Shown: in pieces, positions 13,770 to 27,821 of the stretch
Position numbering within the stretch: the first letter of the stretch is position 1
Layout of the letters: every line of letters begins with the position of its first letter
Origin: Hemiscyllium ocellatum
Taxonomy: Eukaryota
Reading direction: 5' to 3'
DNA length: 64,000 nt
Assembly (NCBI RefSeq): GCF_020745735.1
Contig: NC_083427.1
Span: 1,581,438-1,645,437, forward strand
Made by a program: the position numbers and the translations under genes
The notes under the pieces: generated by a model
What the model was told of the DNA's origin: nothing
Seen by the model: the letters and a program-made list of their open reading frames with translations, nothing else
Database searches by the model: none

Positions 13770-15520
13770 CCTTTTTTCAATTTTATTTATTCATTTGTTG
13801 AATATACGTGTTCCTGGCTGGCCAGTGTTTATTTCCAATATCTATTGCCCGTTAGAAGTTGTTGGTGAACTGCCTTCTTGAACCACAGCTGTGCACCTAC
13901 TGTAGGTTTACCCACAATGCCATGCGGGAAGGAATTCCAGGATTTTGAACCAACAACAGTGAAGGAACAGATACATACTTCCAAGTCAGATTGATGAATG
14001 GCTGGGAGGGGATTTGAAGGTGGTGGTCTTCCCATATCCTTGTCCTTCCAGACCGAAGTGGTATTGGGTTTGGACGATTCTGTCTGAAGACTTGTGACGA
14101 ATTTCCACAGTGCATCTTGAGGATAGTATACTCTTCTGGTACTGAGTGTTGGTAGTGAAGCGAGTGGATGCTTCAGGTTTTGGCGCCAATCAAGCAGGTT
14201 GCTTTTTTCTCGATGATCCCCAGCTTCTTGAGTGTCGTCGGGGCTGTACCTTGTCTGGCAAGTGTAGAGTATTCCATCACTGCTGACCTGCGCCTTGTAG
14301 ATTCTGAATAGGCTTTGAGGAGCCAGAGGTTAGCGACTTTCCGCAATATTCTTAGCCTTTGACCCTCTGTTGTATCAACTATGCTCATGGGATGAATCCA
14401 GTTGAGTTTTTGGTCAATGATAACCCCAACAACATTAATGACGGGAGAGAAATTGATGGCAACAACATTGAATGTCAGGAGGGCGTGATTATGTTGTTTT
14501 TTTTACTGGTGATGGTCATTGTCTTGCATTTGTGTGATACGAATGTTTCTTCACAACTGTCAGCTCAGACTGCAATTTTTTTCAGATGTTATTGTATTTG
14601 AAAATGGAATGCCTCACAATTTGAAGAGTCATGAATAGTTCGAAAGATGTTGCAATCATCATGAACATCCCCACTTCTGGCCTAGTGATGGAGAGAAGGT
14701 CATTGATGAAGCAGCTGAAGATGTTTGGACCAAAGTACAGTACCCTGAGGAACCTTGCAGAATTGTCTTCAACTTGAGATGACTCATATTTCACAGTCAG
14801 GAGGATTTTCCTGTGTGTTCTGTATGACTTTACCGAGTGGAGAGTTTTCCCCTTATTTATTGAAGGTTTACAAAGTCTGACTGATGACAAACCCGGTCGA
14901 ATGCTGCATTTAGTCATCGGCTGTCACTTTCACCTTAACTCTGGAATTCAGCTGTTTTGCCCATTATTGAATCAAAGCCGGAATGAGATCCGGAGCTGTA
15001 TGGCACTGGCTGATCCCAAACTGGGCATGATTGAACAGGTTTTTGTTGATCAGGTGCTACTTGATTGCAGGTTGGTGGCACATTCTATCACTTTACTAAT
15101 GATTAAGAGATCAATGATGGGAGGATGATTGGCTGCATTGGATTTTTCAAGCTTATTGTGTACCAGACATAGATAGGCAATGTCTGCCAATGTCGAGTAG
15201 ACGCCAGTGTTGTCACTGTACTGGAGCAGCGAGGCTACGGGAGTTCTTCAATACTATTACGAGAATGTTTTCATGATCTGTAGCCTTTGCAGTATCCGGT
15301 GTCTACAACCCTTTCTTCATATGACGTGGAGTGAATCGAATTGGCTGGGGAACATTGGAATAGGCCAAGATGAATTATCCACAAAACCCTCCTCTCTGAG
15401 GGCTTTGTGATAAATTTAGCCTTATCTTTTGCTCTGATGTGCGAAATATTAATATCAAAATAGGTAGTGGCTAAGAACAGGGAATGAGCACTGACATTTT
15501 GTTTGAATGTGGGCACAGAG
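13770..15520 (-). mobile_element. L2/CR1-clade LINE, RT to 3' tail, degenerate
   Basis: ORF 14582-14917 includes GPNIFSCFINDLLSITRPEVGMF (RT motif region); ORF 14173-14388 includes MEYSTLA; the 3' tail is A-rich. Confidence 0.8.
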
Positions 15521-18500
15521 ATCTCAAAAGGAATTACATTGAAAGCCCATGATCATTGCCAGGAAAATAGTTCTCATCACTTTACGGCTCAATGAAACAT
15601 CCCTGATCATTTCAATGAAGGTAGTGAAAATTGGGCTGACTTTGTGGACGTTTAAATCACTTTGATATGTATTCTCCCCTGAAGCAATTTCCTCCATTGC
15701 ATACCAATGGAATTCTCATCAACTATTGCGCAGAGTCTTGCAGTTTAACAGCGGCAACTCAAAGGTTATAAAGACGCTGCATGAAATTTATCTATTCACT
15801 AATGCAAGAAATTATGTCTCCATTAGCTATGCGATTGACACTGGAATCAATTTTATACCGCGAGAATACCACAAGCAAAAGAGAGGCAATCTTCCGTCTA
15901 TTCGGTACAGAATTGTGCACGCAGGATGAAATAATAACATGAGCTATGAATTTATTTGCCTCCCAAGATTACTTGATTCTGTTGGGGTCCGGCTATATCT
16001 ATATGTGGCAATGATGAGCGAGGTGAATTAGATTTTCGTTGTGAAATGGAGACTGAGAAAAAAACGGCATTGGGCTCACATTTCTACTGGGTATTACAAG
16101 GAGAGATGGGCATTAAGTTTAATTTAGTTTTGATCGGGGGTTTTGAGAGAAGGCAGACCATTGGACTGTGGGCTGGCGACTGAGCAATGTAGTCGTTCCC
16201 AGATATTTTTCTAGCCAATGAAGAGTGAGGGAATTGGAAGCCTACTTTGTGATTGTTACAACGCCTGATGGTGTATTAGGCAGTGCAGTTAGTTTCAGAG
16301 TGATATTGGGTAAAGGAGAGTGAGTTAAGCTCTGGAATTATTGTTCATGACTGAAGAAGAGCCGGATGTGACACAGGCTTAGTTATCATAACCTGCTTCA
16401 TCAAGAAGAATCCTTCCATCAGAAGGTCAGAACTAGCAATGCCTACTTATTATTGCACAAAATTCAGCACGACCTGGGACTCCTCAGATCGTGAAGACAC
16501 ACGTTTGGGGCAGGTGATCCTTGACCCTTCAACGTCAGTACCATGGTTCTTACGATTTTACAGCGACGACACAAAGACTGAGCGGTCTGTCATTGGATTC
16601 TCCTCATAACATTCGAATCATTTTCCAGGCAGGTCCATGAAATGATTTTGTTCTTTTCTTTCTTATAAACAATAATGACCATTTCTGATTAAGATGTGAT
16701 TATTTACTCTACAATCTTCGAATTAGGAAGACATTAGTAATAATGAGAACTATTTTTTGGTATCTATCTTTCTCGAAAAACAGATAGAACAGCACAGATC
16801 ACATGGAGACACCTACCTGGAGCTTGAACTACAAAGCAACATATGCAATTATGCAAATGTTTCTTTGGTTCATTAACTATCCATTATCCCAGAGGAAGAT
16901 CATTCAATGTTTAAACTATTTTTCGTTCAATTTCAAATTCAGTTTCAAATGAATTTAACCATTGCACATGACCAAATGGAAGGATTTAGATTTACGTAAC
17001 GTGGAATGGAACAAAGCGTGAGAAAGGGAGGTTGATTTACATCTGAAGCCAACACTGCCATTGAAATTAATTCTTGTCTTTTACACACTATCCTATGTAA
17101 ATGCCCGAACAGAACAAGTTTTCACTTGATCTCACTGAAATCGACAGAATATCTCTTGAAGTCTGTTATGACCAGTGTCCAGATGAGGCTCAATTGAAAA
17201 TGGATAACCCTCGCTTACCTAAACATGTTTACTGATTTCATTGCTTTGTTTGTTAGCTATAATGATACACACACGTTTGCCTGCGAAAAGCAAATAACTC
17301 CAGAAATATGCGCAAACCGTTCACTTGTGTCATTTTCAGCGCTCCAGTACACTACTTCCTACAGGTTTATATTCATTGAAATATAAAACAAACTTATGCA
17401 AGTTTTGATCAATCATATATTTAACTGGAAACATGTGCCACAGTCCGATGATCTTCATATCACAACCTCCTGTACTACACCAAATACGATTTGAACAAGA
17501 CACCTGATATTTGAAAGATAGCTCTGTCTGAATATCCAAAACGAACAGTACAAATCATGAATATTCTGATTCCATTTTGTACCGACTTTTGCAGTCTTCT
17601 TTACTCAGACTTCAGCTTCACAACTTCAGATGATGAACAATATCATTAATTTGGAAGTTTACTTTTCCTTAGAGTCTTTGTTTAATATTCTTCAGAGTTA
17701 TTTGCTCCATTTGAAACTGAACCTTATCCTGCCATTTTCATTGCCTGTCTGCCAATGTTATGCCTCACTTGTAGAAAAATCCGCACGCATTTAATTTTTG
17801 TCTCTTAGAATATTATGATCTTCAAACACACTGGCCTTGAAACGTTTGCTGGACCTTCCATTTTGTTCATCTCCTTTTCCCGTTAGGCACTTTGCAGACT
17901 CCAAGAATCAATAATGATTCCATAGCCTCAGAGCCGACCGCATGATACCTGTCATCCATTTTCCTCATGTTATTTCCCTGCCCTCCCATCCAGACGTTGA
18001 CTTATTTGTCTTTTGTTTACTTTTCTCTCAGCAAAGAGGACCCCGTCTTTGTTCCTTCACACATCGAAGAACGCCTGTTATACATCTCTATTTCTCTTTC
18101 CCAATAATAAACATCACTTATTTTTATACTAGGCCTCCACATTACGGGTTCTCTTCGCGCCTTCTCCACCTCTGTCAGAAGGATTAAACAAAAACACCTT
18201 TCAGCACTGTTTCGTTCTGAAAAACAGTCAGACTGGACTTGAAACATTAACTTTGTTTCTTTCTTCACAGATGTTGCCAGAAATGCTGAGTTTAATCCAT
18301 CAAGTTCCTCAGTTATTTCGTAACGCTTCTTAGTCAGTCAGTTCTTCCTTCCAATATACTTCATGACCAATGGTAAGTGTGGGAGAATTTCCTCATCTGG
18401 CATCCTGGAGTACCCAATGACAAACGCACACAGCACCCTATGGAGCAGCCTGGATCAATCCATGCAAGGATTCACAAAGCTGATGGAGAATGGTGAATCC

Positions 18501-18954
18501 TCTCTGCGATTCCATTGCAGTTACACATATTGACAGTGTCAGGAAGCATCCCAGTGTACATTGAGGTATGGTAGCATTGAATATTCTTGCACAGAGTGCA
18601 TTCAAATTGTCAACGACAGTCAGTTTAACAAAAGATTCTCTTTTATTCCAGTTTGTTTTTTCTAAGTCAGATGAACGGTAAACCTTTATTTCGATTATTT
18701 ACCAACAAATTCCTGAAATCACATAATACTAGAAAACGAGAAAAAACTGTGTAGAAATTTGTGCCTGTTTGCAGATTATTCTGTGGACATGTCGAATAAC
18801 AGAAATCCACAGCAGACTATAAAAATCTCGGTGTGATTGTCTGCATAAACATAACTGCCCATATTATGCGAAGCCGCAAATATTCATGGGTGTGTTTAGC
18901 ACAAGATTCCTGAGCAAGAATTGCTAAACAAACGGATACATTGAGATTTTCGAC

Positions 18955-19450
18955 AAGAGTTGTTGCTCAGGTTGTGGAACAGGTTGCTGGTTTCCTCGCT
19001 GAGCTGGGAGTTTTGCTTTCAGACGTTTTGCTGCCATGCTAGGCAACATCATTTGTGAACATCCAGCGAAGCTTTGTTATTCTGTGCCGCTTGATGTGAT
19101 ATGTCTTGGTATGTTTTGGTGGATGTGATCATTTTCGGTTCAACGTCTGAGAGGTTGGTAATTGGAGTCGAAATCTATAAGGTTTTTTTTATTGACGTTG
19201 TGTTTTGAATGCCAGCTCTCTCAGAATTCCCACAAGTAAGTTTTCTTTGGACTGACACAGGATGCATGCATTTCCCCAGTCGAAATGGTTATATCGGCAG
19301 ACAGACAGATTGACAGATGGACAGATCGACAGGCAGAGGATTTGATTACTCTCCTGTGACAGGTGTTGAACTGAGGGTTCCACAGCTATTTGTTTTGTGC
19401 TCCGGATCATTTGTAAACAGGTGAACCTCACCTGGAAACATTCCAAAATC
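18955..19450 (-). mobile_element. Penelope-like element 3' fragment
   Basis: Reverse strand has HFDWGNACIL (GIY-YIG C-terminal region) and a tail related to the 58801-58975 repeat. Confidence 0.65.
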
Positions 19451-19853
19451 CAGGAAATAATATAGATTGAAAAGCCTCACAGAGCAAGATGTTCATCCTG
19501 TTAAAGGGTTTAAGCAGCTGCATGGTGTCCACTATTGAAATGTTTGAATTCTTGCTAAAGATGTATGGAAAATGATGAATAACTAATTGAAAAAATTAAC
19601 GTGCTGATGGACAAAATAAATAGTATACATGGTGAAAAGCTGCTTTTAAAATGTCATCTTTGCAGTATATGCAGAAATGTGGAAAGTAGTCAATGATTGC
19701 TAGGTATGGAAATATTAGCATGCCAATTCGAATGTCAATACGATTGAATGCTGGGTGTTTACAGAGGTCAATGGGGAAATCAGGAGTCAGTATACAGAAA
19801 TACTCTGATTCACAGTTCATTATTATGCAGTTGGATGAATTGATGGAGATAGG

Positions 19854-19989
19854 NNNNNNNNNNNNNNNNNNNNNNNNNNNNNNNNNNNNNNNNNNNNNNN
19901 NNNNNNNNNNNNNNNNNNNNNNNNNNNNNNNNNNNNNNNNNNNNNNNNNNNNNNNNNNNNNNNNNNNNNNNNNNNNNNNNNNNNNNNNN
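19854..19989. other. Assembly gap (136 N)
   Basis: Run of N. Confidence 1.
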
Positions 19990-20562
19990 TTGTAAACCTG
20001 ACATAAATACAGAAAACGCTGGAGAAACAGAACAGGTTTTCAATAATTTGTGGAGAGAAACTGACTTTGAGGTGGATATCACTCTTCTCCAAAACCTCTT
20101 CTGACGACGGAGAGCCATATTTTCGTGTTGAAGAAAATCTCCTTTTCGCTTTCCCTCATTTGATTTGAAACTGTTCCACCCATTTATTGCCTCATCTACT
20201 AACGGAAAGATGTACATTGCGTGCCATTCTATATTTGTCCCACATAATCTTCGACAAGCCAACAATGATATTCCCAATCTTCTATGATCTGAGGAAAGCA
20301 ACAGCAGTATATTCAAACTTTTGTTGCAGCTTACTTCCATCAACTCAGGCTGCAAGCTAATTAATCTCCTCAGCAACTTTGCTCGCGCAATCAGTATATT
20401 GCCACAACTTGGTGACTACCATTTCATACTGAACTCAAGCTGTGGTCTGACCAACGATTTGTACATTTCCAAAGTAACCGATTCCTTGACCAACAAAGGG
20501 AAATGTTCGTTATTCATTCTTAACTATGCTAATTACTTGCTTGCTGAAAATGTGTTGCTGGT

Positions 20563-20640
20563 TAAAGCACAGCAGGTTAGGCAGCATCCTAGGAACAGGA
20601 AATTCGATGTTTCGGGCCAGAGCCCTTCATCAATTACTTG
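20563..20640 (-). ncRNA. PLE tail with hammerhead-like motif
   Basis: Reverse complement ttgatga-agggc tctg gccc-gaaac-atc-gaatt. Stem II is intact; core C3 is mutated. Confidence 0.5.
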
Positions 20641-20879
20641 CTTGCACAACAAGGTATGCCTAACTTTCCGTAGTTTCCGTGGTGATAACATTCATGGAAT
20701 AATATCTTGCATCGTTCACCATTCACTTAACACTTCAATGTTCGCATTGGAATTCCGTTTACTGTTAGTCTGCGTACCGTCAAGTTCTTTTAAACCCTTT
20801 TACTGTGTTCGTGATGAATGGTAGAGTAGGTTCAAATGTCCGAATGGCCTCCTACTCTTCTTATTTTAAATCTTCACAT

Positions 20880-22300
20880 ACTCGCAAAATTTGAAAAAAA
20901 CACAAGTCATTAACGTTCACGAACCACATCACAGACCCCAGCATTGTGAAACCTCAATGGAAACAGAATTCGAGTCACAGAAGGATTCTGCTTCCCTCGT
21001 CTTGAATTTTGATACAACGTACCAATTGGCCATGGATTCCATGGTGTCTTACTCTCTTGACATGTCAGCCATTAATGAACTCATTATAATGTTTGCTAAA
21101 GGTATCAAGCTCTTCTTCAGAAACCTGATTGACGTTTTAAAAGTCTCGACTGTGAACATTTGTTTATCAAATCCATGCCGAGTCCGTCATCAATCCATAA
21201 CTCCTCAAAAGCAAACATGATCTTTCACTTTAAATTCTTTCGAATAAATTCATTAGAACTGATGCTGGACGATTGTCCTGTAGGTTTTCTGGCGATCCTT
21301 TTCTTAATATTATTTTCAAATGATGTGCCGAATTTAGAAGTACACGGTTCTCCTGAGACTTCACCGTTGGCCAGAGAGGATTCGATCCCTACTGGCAACG
21401 TCTGTGGTATTTCTTCCCTGGTCTCTTTCAACTTCTTAAAAGAAGCTTCCCTCAGCTTTCTGGGTTTATCCAAATAGGAGGCTTTTTAATCCCAGTAAAC
21501 TGTTTTCTGTCTCTGGCTTTCCCCTCTTTCCTGGACATACACACATTCTGAGCTTTTGTCATTCTTATTAGCTTGCTTCACTTCAAATTGATATTACATT
21601 TTCTCAACCATGATACCTCTACTTATTTCAGCGGTGTCAATTGTTAAGACCAATGCAACGTATTTATTGAGGATAGTGCTCATGACTTGCACTTGCGTGC
21701 ACAGATTGTATCTATGTTCTGTGTTCACTCCTACTGATTCCCAAGCTATTTCCATGCTCCATACATTTCTCTTCAATGTTCTACTTTCCTTCTAAATTTT
21801 TCCTTTGCACTTCTCTGACTCTGGACACACTGTCGTATTCAGAACTGGGTCTGTGCATTTGTTCATTTTTATTTTAAAAATCCTCAAGTTTGTAACTCTT
21901 GACATTAAATGTTATCCTTTCTTCGAGGTCGTTGCTTGATTTTATAGGAACATATTTGGTCTGAACTTCTGATATTTTCTTCTTGACGACTCCTCGAGTT
22001 ATGACGACTTGATCTGCAAGTATTTTCTCCCAGTGGACATTGACCAATTTGCATTTTTTAAAATTAATTACCCTGTCCAGATGTCAGTGCTCTTATTCTC
22101 AGGCAATCTTTGTTATTTTTCCTTTGCTATCCCAATTCGAACTGGGTTATGTTTATTATCTCTACATTGCTCATTTGTAAATATAACTTACCAATTTCTT
22201 TTCATATTCTTCTGGATTGCGAGTGAACCTGTCAAGCTTCCTCATTCTCTTTTGAACTACATTCATTCAGGCAAGTGATTAGTCGTCCAACGTACTCCAG
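20880..22300 (-). mobile_element. Old CR1-type ORF2 fragment
   Basis: Degenerate nucleotide similarity to the CR1 linker/RT N-terminal region seen at 38243-39093; many stops. Confidence 0.55.
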
Positions 22301-22329
22301 ATTTAAGCATTCTACATCGTAAAAAGGCT

Positions 22330-22780
22330 TTAGAATGTCAGGAGTTGAGTTATTTGCCGCAGTATTCCAAGCTTCTCAACTGCATTTCCAGCAATTATGT
22401 TTGTATAGCTTCTAGAGTACACTTTGTGGTCAAGTGAAATGCCCACGATGTTGATAATGTAACTTCTTGGACATATATATTGTCTGAGATGTTTGTGCCA
22501 TGAATGCTACTTATCACTTGCCATTCCAAGCCTGAGTACTGCATTTGCCTTTGTGCATTTGAACGTGGGCCGCTTCATTACGTAGTTAATTGTGCTAACT
22601 GTTGTGTAACTATCAGCGACCATCTCACGATATGATAAGGTGAGCATCATTGATGAAGCAGCCAAAGATGGTTTGGACAGGACAACAGCCTGCGGAACTC
22701 CGGCAGAGATGTTGTGGAAGAGAGATGACTGATATCCAAAATTCGCAAATAGCTTCCTTTCTGCCAGGTATGAATGCAAT
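22330..22780 (-). mobile_element. L2/CR1-like LINE RT remnant
   Basis: ORF 22507-22779: SAGVPQAVVLSKPSLAASSMM (GVPQGSVLG motif, frameshifted). Confidence 0.7.
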
Positions 22781-23749
22781 CATTAAACTTTTGCTTCCAA
22801 AGTGTTTTGGAAACAAAGTATCAAAATGTAGTGTTACAATTCTGTTCGGGGTCCACCGAACACTACGAGATCTGAGAGAATACCATTAAGTCATCATGTA
22901 AGTTTGTACAACAATAAATGGATTTTAAGTTAGACATCTTTTGGTTTTCCTGTTGTGTGGAGAATGTGAAGAAGACTGAACATCAGGATCTAACTATGGA
23001 AATGTCACTTTCCTATTTGCATCTCATCTGCAAGTTGTGAATAGAGATCGGAGTGCTGAATAGTGTCAAAGAGGGAGGGAAGGCAGAGATAGTTGATTTG
23101 GAGGGAGTGTCATGTAATTGGGTGTAACAAGTGCCATGTATCTACCTTCAGCCAATTAAAAGCTGACATCAGGAATCAGACTTTAATACAATATCGTGAT
23201 GGTTTGCTACCTCGCAACTGATCTCTCAAAGTCAATTGATATCTCATGTATATAAATTCCTTAAGATGTTTCTAAAATGTGATGAGATATTCATTGATAT
23301 GACAGAACAGAACTTGTCCCCATTAAGGGATTGTTCTTGATTCAGTTTCCAAAAGAATAAATAACTTATTTGGCATTGTACTTAAATGTGACAAAAAAGG
23401 ATTCTTTTTTAAGAAAAATGCGAAACGATTTCTGACACCTTCACTTCCCAAATGTTTTTCCAGGTGCGAGAAGAAAAAATCATTTCCTCTACCAGACGAT
23501 ACATTTAACCCATGGGTCCAAGAATGACAGGAAATTACTCGTTCGGGAATTGCTTCGGATCGTAGAGGCAATTCCAATTCTCTTATGTGCAGGAGCAGGA
23601 ATTCCGAGAGTATGCATGACCTCAGTTATTACAACATCGACATTCCACGAACTGTACATGGTCTTGACTCCCAGTAGTTGCATGTAAGTGCTGAACATTG
23701 GATGAAGGTGCATCCAAATTTCAGACTTTGCGTTTTCTGTGAAAGAGTC

Positions 23750-24960
23750 ATCGAATCATAGAGATATACAGCATAGAAACAGACCATTCTGTCCAAGTTG
23801 TTCCTCACAAAAAGATATTGTAAGCTATTCTAGTGCCATTTTCCAGCACTTGGCCCATATCCTGCACAACCCTTTCTATTCATATACCCATCCATATGCC
23901 TTTCAAATGCTGTGATTGCACTATTCCCCACCATTTTCTCTGGCAGCTTATTCCATATATGCGCCACATACTGCGCACAAAGGCTGCCCCTTATGTACCA
24001 TTTATATCCTCCCCTCTTATAAGAAAAAAATCCCTTTAATTCTGGATTTCCCGACCTCAGGGAAAAGACTTGTCTGTTTTCTCCTATCAATGCCCCTCAT
24101 GATTTCTTTAGGGTTAATACTTAGCCTCCAATGTTACAGAGAAAACAGTCCAAGCCTATTCAGTCTCGCCCTATAAGTCAAGTCCTCCAACACTGGCAAC
24201 ATGCTTGTACTTGTTCCCTCACTCTTTTAAGTTTCACAACATCATTTCGATAAGAAGGAGACCAGAATTGCACGCAATATTCCAAAAGTGGCTTAAGCAA
24301 CGTCTCGTACAGCCGAAATGTGACATGCCAATTCCTATATTCAGTGCTCTGCCTAATAAAGTAAAGTATTATCAACCACTTTTTGATTATCCGATCCACC
24401 TGCAACTCTACTTTCAAAGAACTATGACCTGCACTCCAAGGTCTCTCTGTTCAGCAACACTCCCCAGGACCGTTCCTTTAAATATAAATGTCCCGCTTTG
24501 GTTTGTATTTCAACAAAAAAAGCATCTCACGTTTTTCTAAATTAACCTCCATCTGCCATTCGTCAGCCCAAAGATGGGCGGCACAGTGGCACAGTGGTTA
24601 GCACTGTTGCCTCACAGCACCAGACACCTGGGTTCAATTCCTGCCTCAGGCGACTGTCTGTGTTGAGTTTACACATTTTCCCGTGTCTGCGTGGGTTTCT
24701 TCCGGGTGCTCCGGTTTCGTTGCAGGTCAGGTGAATTGGTCTTGCTAAATTGCCCATAGTGTTCGGTGAAGGGGGGAATGGGTCTTAGTGTGTTGCGCTT
24801 CAGTGGGTTGGTGTGGACGTGTTGGGCCGAAGGGCCTGTTTCCATACTGTAAGCAATCTAATAAAATCTGAAATGTGATCAAGTTCCCGTTGTACTCTGA
24901 GGTAACCTTCTTCATTGTCCACTTCGCCTCGAAGCTTGGTGCTCTTTCCTGAAACTGTGC
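23750..24960 (-). mobile_element. CR1-type LINE 3' fragment with nested SINE
   Basis: ORF 24178-24417 contains LLKPLLEYCVQFWSPSYRNDV; tail at 23750 (gtcatcgaatcatagag). Confidence 0.85.
24576..24862 (+). mobile_element. HE1-type SINE nested in CR1
   Basis: Full head and tail. CR1 sequence continues collinearly on both sides. Confidence 0.88.
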
Positions 24961-25679
24961 AGAATTGTCATTGGTTTCTCTCTGAGTTCAAATAGGCAAT
25001 TAATGCTTCCAATACACTGATAAAATCGCCTTGCAACAACAGACAAAAATTGTCAGGTTTTTAAAGGTGAATGAAATTTTCAGCAATTAAATGGAATCTG
25101 TAATGATGCAGATGCAGTAAACTATTGCTGGCAAAGTTTGGGATCATATGTAGACGACAGGGAAACTCAATGATGAAATAGCCCCATTCATAAGGGAGAG
25201 GATAGCATGGAAGATGGGTCAGACGTGAGGTATGGATGAAAGTATAGAACCCAGAGGTCTGGAGTGAACCACAGTGACGGCTTTTAGGAAAGCATGCATA
25301 GTTAAGAATAGAATGAAAACGTTAAAATAACTTCTTGATAGAGCACAATTGAGAGAAATTAATCATATCCATGACACATGACATTCCCAACGCTTGCTGC
25401 AAATCCGCCACTTCATCAACGCAATCTTGAAAATTGACACTGTGACAATATCTCAAGTACTTTTTTTTCGATGGACTGCAGCATTTCACTCCCTCTGTCT
25501 CAGTGAGAGGATCAGTATGTTTGTGGCATAACTGAGAATTATCACAACCAATACTCTATCAGTGCACGGTCAGTTTGTTTAGAAATATATTTTTCAATTT
25601 TCCCACATAGCTCATGGAGTGCACTTTGTTGTTTCGGTAAAGTATCAAAGGCACGTTTTAGAGCTGGAACAGAGCAACC

Positions 25680-26290
25680 ATAGAATCAAAAGGTCATAGA
25701 GATGTATAGCATCGAAACAGAGCCTTCGGTCTGACTAGTCCATTTCAGTCTGATATCCTAAATTAATCGAGTCTTATTTGCCAGCAGTTGTGTCATATCT
25801 ATATGAAAACTTTCGATTTCGGCACCCATCCAGTTGTGTTTTAAATGCTGCAGTTGTACCAGTCCCTACCATCTCCTCTGGCAGTTCAATTCCACACATG
25901 CACTATCTTCTGTCTGGAAAAAGTTGCTGCTTATGTCCCTTTTTAAAACTTTTCCCTCTCACCCTCATTCTTTGCCGTCTCGTTCTGGACTCTCCGACTC
26001 CAAGAAAAGGTCGTTTCGGTTTATCCTATCCATGTCCCTCATGACTTTATAAACCTCAATGTGGTCAACCCTCAGCTTCTAACGCTTCAGGGAAAACGGT
26101 CCCAGCCTATTCTCCCTCTCCCTACAGCTCTTCAAACTTGGCGACATTGTTGTAAATCATTTCTGTACCCTTCCATGTTTCGCAACAACATTTCTGTGGG
26201 GAATGTGTGGGGGCGGGAGAGGGTGGGGTGTATGTGAAGGTGGCGGTGGAGTCCAGGACTGCACACACTATTCCAAATCACCAGGTCCCG
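25680..26290 (-). mobile_element. CR1-type LINE 3' fragment
   Basis: Collinear with the 3' part of 44640-45200. Confidence 0.85.
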
Positions 26291-26375
26291 GCAGGAAGTA
26301 AATCGTTCTCGAAATGGAAACCTTGACAATTCTACTGACAGAGGCTTTGAAATCATGGACAGAACTCGAAGAAGT

Positions 26376-26685
26376 GGGCGGCACGGTGGAACGTGGTTAG
26401 AACTGCTGCCTCACAGCCCTAGAGACGCAGGTTCAATTCCCGACTCAGGTGACTGACTGTGTGGAGTTTGTACATTCTCTCCGTGTCTGCGTGGGTTTCC
26501 TCCGGGTGCTCTGGTTTCCACCCACCGTCACAAAGAAGTGCAGATCAGGTGAATTGGCCATGCTAAGTTGCCCGTAGTGTTAGATAAAGGGGTAAATGCA
26601 GGGGAATGGGTGGGTTGTGCTTCGGCGGGTCGGTGTGGACTTGTTGGGCCGAAGGGCCTGTTTCCACGCTGTAAGTAATCTAATC
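26376..26685 (+). mobile_element. HE1-type SINE, full length
   Basis: Same head, core and tail as 5786-6089. Confidence 0.92.
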
Positions 26686-27153
26686 ATCCTCCTTCGTCTC
26701 GGAATGGCTATGAACTGAATTGTACTACGGCATACCATACAAATGAAGAAAATGTCATGAATTGCAGCCCTTCTTCTTGTTTTAAGTATCACGAATGCTT
26801 TGGTAACTTCATTCCATTTATTAAGAAATGGAATATGTGGAAATGATCTTTAATACTATACTCTCTGAGGTTCCATCGAAACTTCGTTAATGCACCTTTT
26901 GTGATCGGCATGATCATTGACCAATATATCTCTGTTGTCCATCTAATGAGGATTTGACAATATCCAAAATATTCATACTATATCATCCTGTCTAATGTAA
27001 ACTTTTGGCAGTGTTCATTGTAAATCTGTTCATACTTGCCAAATTAAAAGTAGACACAGCTAATGACAATTTATGTAGTTATAAGTGGTTAATGTTTCGA
27101 TGTTAATAATTTTTGAAGTTGTTTTGTGAAATTATATTTTTCTCTATCCCTAA

Positions 27154-27821
27154 CCTGATAATGTTGTTTAGGAGCGCGCAGTCAAAACTTGTAAACTTGC
27201 GCAAGTCAAAAGATGAAAGTGGATAACCTAGCCACAACACATCGTTGTTCTCAAGGTAAACTTCTGGGATATTATTAGGAGCAAAAAAAAGAGCAGAAAG
27301 GTCAACCTTCCACCAATGGTCTTTATCATACTCCACTTGATGAACTCTGATTTACTTTTTAGCTCCAACTCTTAAGAGGTTCTTTTTTTGTTATGGTTTG
27401 CGAATTGTGGAATGCCTCAGGAGTCCTTGCTGGGTCGATTGATGTTTACTATTTATATGAATGTTTTGAATGAGAATGTACACGCATGATTTGCAAGCTT
27501 GCAGACAAAATTAAAATAGGACATACTGTGTGCAGTGAGAAAGTTTATCTGAAATTGCAGCAGGACCGTGATCAACTGTGGAAGTGGTTTGAGAAATGAC
27601 ATATTGGGGTTAATGGAGAGATGTAGGAGGGGCTGCATTTTGAAAAGCCGAATTGAGGTAAGAGTTTCATGAGTTTCTTCTATTTTGCTTTGTTCTTTTT
27701 TTATGTCCCAGAACTTTACCTTGAGAGCTATGATGTGTTGTGGCTAGGTTATGCACTTTCATCTTTTAATTTGTGGAAGGTTAAGAATTTTGACTGCGCG
27801 CACCATACCAACAGTATCAGG
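27154..27821. repeat. Inverted repeat pair (116-nt arms 27154-27269 and 27706-27821)
   Basis: Ungapped reverse-complement alignment, 98/116 identical by my count; 436-nt spacer; A/T-rich inner ends. Confidence 0.85.

Noticed and set aside
16851-16858. Second perfect ATGCAAAT octamer
   Set aside because: No leader, V exon or RSS nearby; consistent with chance in AT-rich DNA.
19693-20376. Long ORFs (100-188 aa) around the first gap, and similar ORFs at 33196-33461
   Set aside because: Their length is created by N runs translated as X.
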